Origin: an uncultured Candidatus Saccharibacteria bacterium
Lineage (GTDB): Bacteria; Patescibacteriota; Minisyncoccia; Phycocordibacterales; PALSA-1337
Length of the DNA stretch: 64,000 nucleotides
Assembly: GCA_964495685.1 (NCBI GenBank)
Contig: CAZBVQ010000002.1
Span: forward strand, 107,284-171,283
Reading direction: 5' to 3'
Both the position numbers and the translations under genes were made by a program. The notes beneath the pieces were generated by a model. It searched no databases. It had not been told where the DNA came from and was given only the letters and a program-made list of their open reading frames with translations. Positions 9,756 to 18,274 of this stretch are shown in pieces (positions within the stretch are counted from its first letter, which is position 1; each line of letters starts with the position of its first letter).

Positions 9756-11438
9756 TTAAATGCCGATATCGGGGTATTGAGGAGGCAAATCAACCATTTC
9801 TTCCTCGTATGCAGGCTTTACCCTGCCATATGGAGTATCAATCAGGGTTTCTTGGTAAATATCTCTCGGCCGCTCTTTGCCTGCAGGCCGAGCAATATCG
9901 CTTTGGTATGCTGTCGCATCGCTTATATCGTCATGCGGAGAGTCGGGAAAACGCATCAGTTCATTTTCAAGATCATTGCACTCATTCTGCAAATGAAAAA
10001 CGCTTCTGGTTTCGTACCTATAAAGTAACCCTGTCCTGATACGATCTTCTTTTGAACGTCCTTGATGCTTGAGCCACGTTAGAGGTAAAAATATCTGCCG
10101 CATTCTCTGCTCATGCCTAAGCATCGGTTCTAATCCTCTCGTAAAAGCAGTATCTTCCCATCCGAACTTGACCGGAGGTGTACCGGATTGAATGAGAAAA
10201 CTGTAAATGCCGAACATCTTATTTATGATTTCTGACGGTCCCAGTTTTTCTCTCCATGCTTTGAGATGCCACTTGCCCAGAGTATCAATCCAATTGATGC
10301 AAAACCCCACAAAGTCTCCATCACCTTTTATGGGACCATCTTCTTTGGTGCTCGGCGTATCAATCGTCACATATGCCGCGACTTTTTTCTGCGTAAGCGC
10401 TTCGAAAGTCATTAGCTGGAACCATTCACGTTTAAATAGCGACTTGGACTCATCAATCGGCTGGCAAAGCATTTCAGCTTGGAAGTCAGCGTCACCTTCT
10501 TCAGGTGTCCACATTGAACGCCTCTTGGCTTCAATACTTACCCTGCCAGTCTCCAATGCTTCAACTTCAGTCATGGTCCAGCGTTCAGGCCATGTCGGAG
10601 TATGCAATCCTCCCATTAATGTGCCTTGGCAGATGGGTACAATACGAACTCGAAGCTCTGGGTCATTTTTGGCACGTTCAATCACACTTTCGACGTTCCC
10701 GTATTCACTTAAAATATTTCCTAGATACAAAACTCTCCGTCTCGATGAGTCGAGACCTCGCTTAAATTCTTGAATGTGAAGTCTTACCTGATTTGTTGCC
10801 GCTTCACTTTTTAAAGTCTTCTTGGTTTCAAAGTCATCAAGCAGTACAAAACCTGGACGCATTGCTCCATGAACACGGCCTCGAACGCTTTCCTGCGTGC
10901 TATATGCTTCTACACGTATGCCGTTCTTTATGATGTTTTGATTTTCATCAACAATAGGATTTGTAATGAAATCTTTTATTCTTTTTTGGGTTACTTGGTC
11001 CTTACTTCGCTTGATGTTATATTTTTCCCCGAAGTCACTCGTAAATCTTTCATTGGTCTGAAGCTCCCAGACCACATCAAAGAGAATGCGCTCCGAGTTT
11101 GTGCTATCAAACGCGTCTGCATTGATGTATGGCTCGATGTCATAGGCAATCATGTAGAGCATGAGCCCTTTGGCAAAACTCGTCTTAGCACTCTCACCAA
11201 ACATGAACCATCCGAGTTCACGGATTTTCAAATCAAGAAGGTCATGAACGTCAGCCATCATGTCGTAATGGAAATCGGCAAATTGACTGCGGACATAATG
11301 AGGCAGGTAGTATGCAAGAAAGTAACCGAAGTGCTCTTTAGCGTGGCTCATACGCACTTCCCTTCGTGCCTCCCGCAGAGTCTTGAGCCCCTCGGCCGTC
11401 ACTCTCGGAAGTATCGTTGTTGGTTCGGGATTTATCAT
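9756..11438 (-). CDS. Terminase large subunit
   Basis: Variant Walker A FGESAKTS, Walker B VLLDDFE, RNase H-like C-term with 'FPDSPHDDISDA'. Confidence 0.92.
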   Translation of the reverse strand: MINPEPTTILPRVTAEGLKTLREARREVRMSHAKEHFGYFLAYYLPHYVRSQFADFHYDMMADVHDLLDLKIRELGWFMFGESAKTSFAKGLMLYMIAYDIEPYINADAFDSTNSERILFDVVWELQTNERFTSDFGEKYNIKRSKDQVTQKRIKDFITNPIVDENQNIIKNGIRVEAYSTQESVRGRVHGAMRPGFVLLDDFETKKTLKSEAATNQVRLHIQEFKRGLDSSRRRVLYLGNILSEYGNVESVIERAKNDPELRVRIVPICQGTLMGGLHTPTWPERWTMTEVEALETGRVSIEAKRRSMWTPEEGDADFQAEMLCQPIDESKSLFKREWFQLMTFEALTQKKVAAYVTIDTPSTKEDGPIKGDGDFVGFCINWIDTLGKWHLKAWREKLGPSEIINKMFGIYSFLIQSGTPPVKFGWEDTAFTRGLEPMLRHEQRMRQIFLPLTWLKHQGRSKEDRIRTGLLYRYETRSVFHLQNECNDLENELMRFPDSPHDDISDATAYQSDIARPAGKERPRDIYQETLIDTPYGRVKPAYEEEMVDLPPQYPDIGI

Positions 11439-11907
11439 GCCTTTTAAATAGTGTTTCGTGATTAATTGCTTCTTCTTGGGTAAAGAGAACCTTGCCGTTA
11501 AGTTTCATCTCACCTTCAACCGGCTGTTTTACCTTGCCGTCCACTCTCTCGAGCACAATCTCTGCGGCCTTGAGGTTGCCCTCGGATGCCATAGTGACTA
11601 CTTTTTTGACGATAATTTCATCGTAGGTCACCTTTTGTCCGTCTTTGGCCACACCTCCATGCTGTCGTATCACTCGTTTGAACATTGTCGAGAAATGTTG
11701 AGCTCCTACCGGCTTACCAGGGTTGCCCGTAACGAATCGGCCAGTCACAGGGTCTCTCACCGTATTTTCACCGTATTTACGGTCATCCGTTGACCCTTCT
11801 CCACTATCCGTATTCACCGTATGTTTAGGCGGAGGAAGGAGTAATATTGGTTTGTCATTCTTCTCTTGGTTCATATTTGGTTTTTTGCCATCCTTCGACC
11901 CTTCCAT
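11338..11907 (-). CDS. Terminase small subunit (DUF5681-like)
   Basis: 'GRFVTGNPGKPVG', 'GNLKAAEIVLERVDGK' motifs; upstream of and overlapping TerL. Confidence 0.75.
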   Translation of the reverse strand: MEGSKDGKKPNMNQEKNDKPILLLPPPKHTVNTDSGEGSTDDRKYGENTVRDPVTGRFVTGNPGKPVGAQHFSTMFKRVIRQHGGVAKDGQKVTYDEIIVKKVVTMASEGNLKAAEIVLERVDGKVKQPVEGEMKLNGKVLFTQEEAINHETLFKRHDKSRTNNDTSESDGRGAQDSAGGTKGSAYEPR

Positions 11908-13174
11908 TCCGGACCACTTCCTCTACGCCGGTGTAATCGACCCACCTCTGTACTATGACATCGGCAAACTTTGGATCGAGTTCTATTCCTATGCATATTC
12001 TGCCTGACTTTTGACAGGCAACGAGCGTACTTCCACTACCAAGAAAGGGATCGATTACGAGGTCACCTTCTTTTGAGCTGTTGTGGAGGGCGTAAATGAT
12101 GAGTTCTACAGGTTTTTGTGTTGGGTGCTTATATTCGCTTACCTTGTCGCGCTTCATGGTCCATAGAGTAAACTTTCCTTCAGTCTCAAGTTTCTTTTGT
12201 TTCTTTGCCCAGTTCAAAATCTTCTGCTCGCTATCATGGAAATCTATGACTGTGTACTTGTCACGGCCGCTATAAAAGATTGATTCAACGCCTTCTTTTG
12301 AGGCATAAAAGAATGGTTCATGTTTCCATCGATAATCTCCCCAACCCATTGATGCTGTCGGCTTATTCCAAATCAATTGATTTCTCACAGCCATACCATG
12401 TTTTTTGAGTGCTTTCTCAAATTGAGATTGACTTGATGTGGAATGAAAGACATACCATCCCGCTCCTGCTTTAGTATGTGTTGCAATGCATCCAAATGCG
12501 TTATCGAGGAGTGTCTCAAATGCTTCGGCATTCATATCGTCATTCAAGATTCCCTCACTGGTATTCTTTCCTCGACCTGAATAGTTCACGTTGTATGGGG
12601 GATCGGTAAAAACCATGTCCGCCTGTCGGCCGAGCATTATCTTCTGCCAAATCTCCGGATCGATTGAATCACCGCAAATGAAGATGTGCTGGCCAAGCTG
12701 ATACACATCCCCTAGTTTTGTCTTTGGTTCAGTGGGAGTTTCAGGAACCACGTCGTCTTTCTCGTCTTCATCGAGAATAATGTCGCGGTCAAAGCCGGTA
12801 AGAGTGATGTCGAAGCCCATGGCATGAAGGTCGACGAGGTCTTCCCGTAAAAGTCCCATGATCCAGTCGCTCTCATTTAACTTGTTGTCGGCAATCCGGT
12901 AAGCCATCTCTTGAGCCTCGGTTAAGGGAGTGGTTTCTGGCGAACCATGGACCGTATTACCCATGTCATCCATGATCCAGATCGGCTTCAGCTCCTCTCT
13001 GTATTTCTGCCAAGTAGCAAAGCGTCCATGACCGATTACGATTATTCCTTTTTGGTTCACCATGACGGGCTGACGCCAGCCGACTTCTTTGACGATAGCA
13101 GCAAGTTGCTTCAATTGGCTCTCTGGATGAGCCTTGGCGTTATTTTTATACGGTTGTATGTGTGATATATCCAT
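11855..13174 (-). CDS. ParB-N-domain + N4/N6 DNA methyltransferase
   Basis: N-term 'IQPYKNNAKAH' ParB-like; DPPY, HPTQKP and DPFLGSGST motifs. Confidence 0.92.
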   Translation of the reverse strand: MDISHIQPYKNNAKAHPESQLKQLAAIVKEVGWRQPVMVNQKGIIVIGHGRFATWQKYREELKPIWIMDDMGNTVHGSPETTPLTEAQEMAYRIADNKLNESDWIMGLLREDLVDLHAMGFDITLTGFDRDIILDEDEKDDVVPETPTEPKTKLGDVYQLGQHIFICGDSIDPEIWQKIMLGRQADMVFTDPPYNVNYSGRGKNTSEGILNDDMNAEAFETLLDNAFGCIATHTKAGAGWYVFHSTSSQSQFEKALKKHGMAVRNQLIWNKPTASMGWGDYRWKHEPFFYASKEGVESIFYSGRDKYTVIDFHDSEQKILNWAKKQKKLETEGKFTLWTMKRDKVSEYKHPTQKPVELIIYALHNSSKEGDLVIDPFLGSGSTLVACQKSGRICIGIELDPKFADVIVQRWVDYTGVEEVVRNGRVEGWQKTKYEPREE

Positions 13175-13178
13175 ATGT

Positions 13179-13574
13179 TTATTTTTCCATCCAGCTTTTC
13201 ATACTCGATTCGTTGCAGGCACCGACTATGCCGCCATCGCTCATGTACTCATAACTAGGCTTGCCTGATTTTTCAGGATGTATGCCTATTATCATGCGCT
13301 CATCACCTTTGCCATTTTTACAAATCGTGCCAAAAGTATATGTGAGCTTTTGGTCGGCATATTTCTTTTCAAAGTGATGCCGGAGAGCTGAGAAAAATTC
13401 CACCTCTACCGTTTCAAGGTATATGCTAATAGCCTCCTTCTGTTTCGATTTGAACATGGGAAGAAGACTGTGAGCTCCGATAATCCATGCCCCCACAAGA
13501 TCAGGCCGAGCCGCAAGAAAACGGGCTGATAGATCAATAGGATTGGTTTGTATTTTATGTGTATTTTTAATCAT
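13179..13574 (-). CDS. Phage hypothetical protein
   Basis: 131 aa ORF in operon. Confidence 0.6.
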   Translation of the reverse strand: MIKNTHKIQTNPIDLSARFLAARPDLVGAWIIGAHSLLPMFKSKQKEAISIYLETVEVEFFSALRHHFEKKYADQKLTYTFGTICKNGKGDERMIIGIHPEKSGKPSYEYMSDGGIVGACNESSMKSWMEK

Positions 13575-13585
13575 GATATTTAAAT

Positions 13586-13990
13586 TTAAATAATTTTCTC
13601 TATTTCCCTTGCAGGACTGTATTCAACTGCGTCAGAACCGATGATTTCTCCGCAAAGACTGCACCGCTTGACCCATCGTGCGTGAGAGCAATGCTCATTT
13701 CTCCGGCAATTCTCAACATTCCTTACGTCCTCGTACATTCCCTTAAATTCCTGGTTATATTTCTGCTTTTTTCTTTGTCGATAAATCGCGGCAACTTCCT
13801 CGGGCATGCGGCGTGCCACTTTGATCTTACGGACCCAACCCTTCGATTTCACATGGAAGTGGATATTGCCGTTTTTTACATTGAAGTACACTGATATCCA
13901 CAATATTTTCCAGCCGTCATCTTCATACCTCCTTCGAGCTTCCTCGATTTGTGAAGTATCCAGTTTGTATCGTGGATTATTTCTCTCCAT
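13586..13990 (-). CDS. Phage hypothetical protein (HTH-like N-term, Cys/His C-term)
   Basis: 134 aa; HTH-like start, CxH...CxxC near end. Confidence 0.55.
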   Translation of the reverse strand: MERNNPRYKLDTSQIEEARRRYEDDGWKILWISVYFNVKNGNIHFHVKSKGWVRKIKVARRMPEEVAAIYRQRKKQKYNQEFKGMYEDVRNVENCRRNEHCSHARWVKRCSLCGEIIGSDAVEYSPAREIEKII

Positions 13991-14927
13991 GGCATGTAAG
14001 TAATTTCCTTGCTATAGCCTCTACAACATTCACTGTTACTGCATTGCCTAACGTCTTGTATCTCTGCGTGTCACTTACCCCTTCGGTCCACCCATCGGGA
14101 AACCCTTGAAGCCTCTCGCACTCGGTCGGGGTGAGCTTTCTAATATGCATGGTGTGTCGCCACCGACTTTTAAGGTCTGACATATTCCTGACACCTCGAG
14201 TGGCTTCCTCGATCGAAACATGCTCCTCACAATTCCATTCGTCATCTTTTTGGAGAGGAAATATTTCCGGTCGGGGTGTTCCTCTAAGATGTCCGACAAT
14301 GAAGACTCGTTCTCGGTTCTGGGGCACTCCGAAATTCTTGCTGTTAAGCACTTGCCATTCGACGTCATACCCCAGCTTGATAAGCTCGGATATGATGATT
14401 CTGAAAGTTCGGCCGTCGTCATGACTCGTGAGTCCCTTAACATTTTCAAGAAGGAATAGTCTTGGCTGTTTATGCCGAAGGATGCGAGAAATTTCAAAGA
14501 AGAGAGTACCTCTCGTGTCCTTGAAACCCTTCCGTTTGCCAGCAATGCTGAAACTCTGGCATGGAAAACCTCCGATGAGCAGACCAAAATCGGGGAGGTT
14601 ACTAGTTTTGATTTCTCTGATGTCGCCGTAGTTTTTGTGATTGAAGTATCTTTCATATATTTGGATTGCATATTTGTCGATTTCGGCATAACCCACACAA
14701 TGAGGTGCTCTCGGGTCATGGTTCCAGTGAGGCAATTGGAGAGGGTGTCGTTTCGAAGAGTCAATTCTTTTCCCCTTCTTGGACTCCAGTCTTTCCCCTT
14801 TTCCATCATTTGCTTTCGAATTCTTTTTGCTACTTCCGATCTTGTTTCCGTGAGTGATATCCACATAGGCTTGTATAAGTCCGAGCTCGAAGCCGCCGAT
14901 ACCGGTAAAGAGACTAAAGTACCTCAT
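13977..14927 (-). CDS. C5-cytosine DNA methyltransferase (catalytic polypeptide)
   Basis: Start reassigned to MRYFSLFTGIGG (motif I); GGFPCQ (IV), ENV (VI), QNRERVF (VIII), RKLTPTECERLQGFP (IX), GNAV (X). Confidence 0.93.
   Translation of the reverse strand: MRYFSLFTGIGGFELGLIQAYVDITHGNKIGSSKKNSKANDGKGERLESKKGKRIDSSKRHPLQLPHWNHDPRAPHCVGYAEIDKYAIQIYERYFNHKNYGDIREIKTSNLPDFGLLIGGFPCQSFSIAGKRKGFKDTRGTLFFEISRILRHKQPRLFLLENVKGLTSHDDGRTFRIIISELIKLGYDVEWQVLNSKNFGVPQNRERVFIVGHLRGTPRPEIFPLQKDDEWNCEEHVSIEEATRGVRNMSDLKSRWRHTMHIRKLTPTECERLQGFPDGWTEGVSDTQRYKTLGNAVTVNVVEAIARKLLTCHGEK
14075..14866 (-). CDS. Nested alternative-frame MTase partner polypeptide (TRD-like segments)
   Basis: 263 aa ATG-started ORF wholly inside the C5 MTase; contains SSLSDILEE..KYFLS, NCLTGT and CQTLKVGG segments. 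Confidence 0.6.
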   Translation of the reverse strand: MWISLTETRSEVAKRIRKQMMEKGKDWSPRRGKELTLRNDTLSNCLTGTMTREHLIVWVMPKSTNMQSKYMKDTSITKTTATSEKSKLVTSPILVCSSEVFHARVSALLANGRVSRTREVLSSLKFLASFGINSQDYSFLKMLRDSRVMTTAELSESSYPSLSSWGMTSNGKCLTARISECPRTENESSLSDILEEHPDRKYFLSKKMTNGIVRSMFRSRKPLEVSGICQTLKVGGDTPCILESSPRPSARGFKGFPMGGPKG

Positions 14928-15348
14928 CGGCTCCGGTGTTAATGGTAATTTTGACTTCGACCTTTCCTCTGCCATCCGATGCATGGCATGATTCAAAGCT
15001 CCCGTCGAGGAACTTGTCATCCTTGAAGAGAGAGTCGGCAATGCCTTTGAAGATATTGTCCGGATCGCCATGGACACCGTTTCTCCAGAATATTTTTATA
15101 TCCATCCGCGCCCTTTCAGAGGCCTTTGTGGTAAGAGGCTCATCATCAACAATCAAGTGCCGGTCGTTGTAGGAAACGTATTCCGGATATCCTTTGAAGA
15201 ATGAATTGCGCACATATTCCTTCCATGCGTAGTACCTCTGAGCATTTGGAAGCCAGAGTGCACGGCTTACTACTCGAACATACGGAATTGGATTACCTTC
15301 ATTGTCTTCCTGATTTCCTTTAATGGTGAATGTGATTATCTTTGTCAT
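14914..15348 (-). CDS. RusA-like Holliday junction resolvase
   Basis: 'GDPDNIFKGIADSLFKDD' motif. Confidence 0.75.
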   Translation of the reverse strand: MTKIITFTIKGNQEDNEGNPIPYVRVVSRALWLPNAQRYYAWKEYVRNSFFKGYPEYVSYNDRHLIVDDEPLTTKASERARMDIKIFWRNGVHGDPDNIFKGIADSLFKDDKFLDGSFESCHASDGRGKVEVKITINTGADEVL

Positions 15349-15352
15349 TGGT

Positions 15353-15901
15353 TTATTTGAATCGATTAATGGTCATCTTTCGTGCAAGCTCTCTGGTGAA
15401 ATCCCCATAGTTATCCACAGGCGGGTCTGAATTTTTGCTAAGACTAGGTTTCAATTTGTTTCCTGAATTTTGTGGGTCCAAACTTTGAACTACTTTTGGT
15501 TCATTTTTTGGACTCCTTCTGGTCTGTTTTCTGAACTGGTCTATTTTTTGGACTACTTTTTCCACATCCATGTGGAGATTGATCTGGTAGCAGTTTCCCT
15601 TGCTCGTTTTTCTGACCAAAATGACAGCTTCGGCACGGACCAGATTTTTGAGTGCCTGCGTGACCGATGCACGGACCAGTCCGGTACCATAGTCGAGCAC
15701 CTTTCCGTATCTGTCTCTGATTCCATCAACGAATTGCGAGAAACTAATGCGATCGTAATCCTTGTGGAATCCGAAGGTTCGGCGGCAGATGTATAAAATG
15801 CATTTGCCTTCGGCCGAAGGAATACGAGGGAGTAGAATATCCATAACCACATTCGGTATCTGGGTACTGTTTGGAATCAATGTTTTCTTTGGTTCTTCCA
15901 T
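15353..15901 (-). CDS. Phage replication initiator (lambda O-like N-terminal domain)
   Basis: 'TQIPN', 'ICRRTFGFHK..DRISFSQF' motifs; internal iterons. Confidence 0.8.
   Translation of the reverse strand: MEEPKKTLIPNSTQIPNVVMDILLPRIPSAEGKCILYICRRTFGFHKDYDRISFSQFVDGIRDRYGKVLDYGTGLVRASVTQALKNLVRAEAVILVRKTSKGNCYQINLHMDVEKVVQKIDQFRKQTRRSPKNEPKVVQSLDPQNSGNKLKPSLSKNSDPPVDNYGDFTRELARKMTINRFK
15411..15554. repeat. Phage origin: four 18-bp iterons plus a DnaA box
   Basis: gggtccaaactttgaact 15474, tggttcattttttggact 15497, tggtctgttttctgaact 15520, tggtctattttttggact 15537; TTATCCACA at 15411. Confidence 0.7.
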
Positions 15902-16016
15902 ATTGGTGAAGAAAGAAAGCGCCTTGAGGCGTAAATCTCTCGGTGCTTAGCCCCTCGTCTCAATCCTCACGCCACTGCGATGAGGACTGAGTCAGTGGCC
16001 AAGCCTTTTTGAAGGA

Positions 16017-17153
16017 TTACTTCTTAGGCTTTCCTACTTTCTTGATTGGTTTGTCGACCTTTGGTTCTTGGCTCATCTCTGCGGCTTCTGAGGCAGTATG
16101 GTCTTGGACAAATTCCTGGACCTTGGCAAATCCTGCTTCCAGTTCTTCTGGTCGCAGAGATTCAACTACCGTCCAGCTCATGGTGTTGAAGGCGTATTTA
16201 ATGGCATCAATTTTGAGCTTCTTTTGTTCAGCTGCCTGACCTGGCCAGACGGAGACGAGATAGTTTTCGATCTCCTCAAGCCATCGCTTTTTGAGTTGCT
16301 TCCACTCGTACTTTTCTTCTTCAGTCCGGAAGAGCTGTCCTGCGTCCCTTTCTGCGGCAGTTTGAAGTGCCTCCGGTGCTTCAAGCATGATGTCTATGGC
16401 TGGTGCGAAGTCCTTATAGCCAGGATTCTCAAAAACTTTTCCATCGATTACTGTTGAGCGGTCTTTGATGACAATTCCTTGGCGAACAACTTTCTTGATT
16501 GAGCCGCCCTCCATTTCCTGCATGCGTTCCATGAGGACAAGGAGATCAGGTTCATAGGCCGTTTCGCCTTCGACTTTCATCTTTACTCCTGACTTATAAA
16601 TTTCTCTTTTGCCGGTCTCTTTGTTGATCTCGTTTTCATACTCGTATCCCGCACGACCGGTCATCACGATGTGATATGGGTCTCTTACGAATGGGTCTGA
16701 AAATTCAGATTTCCATGTGGGCTTAATTACGCCCCAATCTTGAAATTCAAGTCTGGTGCGTCGAACTTTCTCGGCATATGCCTTAAGGAAGTCTTCCCAG
16801 ACGTGGGAGATTGAGTCGATAATGAGGATGTCGCCCGCACCTTGTCGCATGCGGCTCATGGTTTCCTTGAGGTCAGCAAGCGATCGTGATTCACGGACCA
16901 AGACCTCGATGCCTTCTTTGGCAAAAATCGGCTTCAAGAACTTTGCGGCCTTTTCTGTGTCAAAGATGACCACTGGTTTCTTTGACCCGATTCTCTTGTA
17001 GAGTCCTATCGCTATTTGAGCTGTGGTATATGTCTTACCCGATCCGGCAAAGCCTTCGAAGGCTGCCTTGAAGTAAGGTTTGGTATTGCCGATTGAGGCA
17101 AAGAAGTTATCTTTGGCCTGCGGCAATGGTTTTGATAATGTTTGTGTGTTCAT
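16017..17153 (-). CDS. AAA_24 / Sak4-like phage ATPase
   Basis: GFAGSGKT Walker A, 'FDTE', 'IIDSISHVW'. Confidence 0.8.
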   Translation of the reverse strand: MNTQTLSKPLPQAKDNFFASIGNTKPYFKAAFEGFAGSGKTYTTAQIAIGLYKRIGSKKPVVIFDTEKAAKFLKPIFAKEGIEVLVRESRSLADLKETMSRMRQGAGDILIIDSISHVWEDFLKAYAEKVRRTRLEFQDWGVIKPTWKSEFSDPFVRDPYHIVMTGRAGYEYENEINKETGKREIYKSGVKMKVEGETAYEPDLLVLMERMQEMEGGSIKKVVRQGIVIKDRSTVIDGKVFENPGYKDFAPAIDIMLEAPEALQTAAERDAGQLFRTEEEKYEWKQLKKRWLEEIENYLVSVWPGQAAEQKKLKIDAIKYAFNTMSWTVVESLRPEELEAGFAKVQEFVQDHTASEAAEMSQEPKVDKPIKKVGKPKK

Positions 17154-17229
17154 AGTTTGTTATTGACTTCCCGAGAGGTTTTTGAGAGAATGGATTTATT
17201 GATGAATCTAATCTCTCCTCGGGGAGATT

Positions 17230-17496
17230 TTATTTTGATAATTTCTTTTTCTTGGGAGGTTCCTGTAACTGTCGGATGGTTTCCTTAACCAATCCTTGAT
17301 GGATGAGGTCTGCCGCTTCATCTAGCTTTTCCTGACTTGATTCGGCTGTAAGTGTTGAGAGTTTTCCAAGAAGCTCTCCCATCCAGTCTCCGATGTTGTC
17401 GAGGAGTTCAGGCAGGATTCGTTCATCCACGATGCTCGATGCTCTCTCCTTGAGGAGCAATCGTATTTCTTGCTTGGTTGTCATAGATGTTTTCAC
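17230..17496 (-). CDS. Phage hypothetical protein
   Basis: Short helical ORF overlapping upstream gene. Confidence 0.55.
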   Translation of the reverse strand: MKTSMTTKQEIRLLLKERASSIVDERILPELLDNIGDWMGELLGKLSTLTAESSQEKLDEAADLIHQGLVKETIRQLQEPPKKKKLSK

Positions 17497-17737
17497 TTAA
17501 CTGCTTAATTTTTTGCTGTCGAAGTTCTTCTCGCTCTTTGAGGCGTTTCTGCCTTTCCTTGCTGAGCTGAACATTCTTTCTGAGGCGAATTTCACTTGGT
17601 TGCTTGTGTTCGATATCGACTATGTCGCCTATACGTAGCCGATATAATGCTGTGAGCCACTTACCTTCGAGGATCAAGGCTGGTATGCCTCTCCTTCGGT
17701 ATGTGACTACACGTTTGTTCCTGATGATGATTGTCAT
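17423..17737 (-). CDS. SymE/AbrB-fold protein
   Basis: 'PALILEGKWL...RIGDIVDI' resembles SymE motif; start moved to MTIII. Confidence 0.55.
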   Translation of the reverse strand: MTIIIRNKRVVTYRRRGIPALILEGKWLTALYRLRIGDIVDIEHKQPSEIRLRKNVQLSKERQKRLKEREELRQQKIKQLSENIYDNQARNTIAPQGESIEHRG

Positions 17738-17795
17738 TGGTAGCATCTGGCCGTGTGCACCGGCCGATCCCTTTTCGGGCAATGATTATGTTCAA

Positions 17796-18173
17796 TCATT
17801 CGACAGAATGTCTGTGGCCGAGAGTAATCCGATGTTCCGCAAAGCAATTTCTTCCGAGCTTCTTTTCTAGAAAAGCTCCGATGGCCTTGAGGTTGCCTTT
17901 GGCTCCTATGTGCCAGGTTGTAACCTGCTTCACAAGCGAAGAGTCCTTGTAGTCGTATATGGTGAGAACTGTCGGGTTTCTGCCTACTGACTTGAATGCC
18001 CACTCAGCTCTGACTTTCTGATCTGCTGAGCGCCAGGGACCTTCAACTGTGCAGTCATGAGGTCTACCGAATGCTTTGTGCAATTTGCCGTATGAGATTG
18101 TCATGTTTCCATGACCACTCGTACCCATTACATCCTTCGGATTCGCGGCAATAAACGCATGTTTTGTCTTCAT
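17796..18173 (-). CDS. Phage hypothetical protein
   Basis: 'GTSGHG..ISYGKL..AFG', 'TIYDYK', 'WHIGA' pattern seen in phage early proteins; start at MKTKH. Confidence 0.65.
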   Translation of the reverse strand: MKTKHAFIAANPKDVMGTSGHGNMTISYGKLHKAFGRPHDCTVEGPWRSADQKVRAEWAFKSVGRNPTVLTIYDYKDSSLVKQVTTWHIGAKGNLKAIGAFLEKKLGRNCFAEHRITLGHRHSVE

Positions 18174-18193
18174 GATTGTTGCAATTGGTTGAT

Positions 18194-18267
18194 AAAATTC
18201 GACCTTTGGCAGACGGTGCGGATACAAAAAAGCTCCGCGTTTTACGGAGCTTTAAAGTTCGAATTTT
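18194..18267. promoter_or_regulatory. Pair of 14-bp quasi-palindromic sites (candidate operators)
   Basis: aaaattcgaccttt (18194-18207) and aaagttcgaatttt (18254-18267) are 13/14 inverted copies. Confidence 0.45.
18226..18253 (-). terminator. Rho-independent terminator after gap
   Basis: aaagctccg-taaaacg-cggagctttttt on minus strand. Confidence 0.8.
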
Positions 18268-18274
18268 CTCTTTT

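Larger units (their letters stand above)
1..18200 (-). mobile_element. Prophage/phage region, podovirus-like gene order (left end beyond window)
   Basis: Contiguous co-oriented terminase, portal, scaffold, capsid, adaptor, nozzle and tail genes plus MTases and a replication module. Confidence 0.9.

Noticed and set aside
14928-15077. N-terminal extensions given by the ORF track for the C5 MTase (also gap, coupling ATPase, jetD, WYL)
   Set aside because: Conserved motifs begin at downstream ATGs; the extensions overlap neighbouring genes or promoter regions
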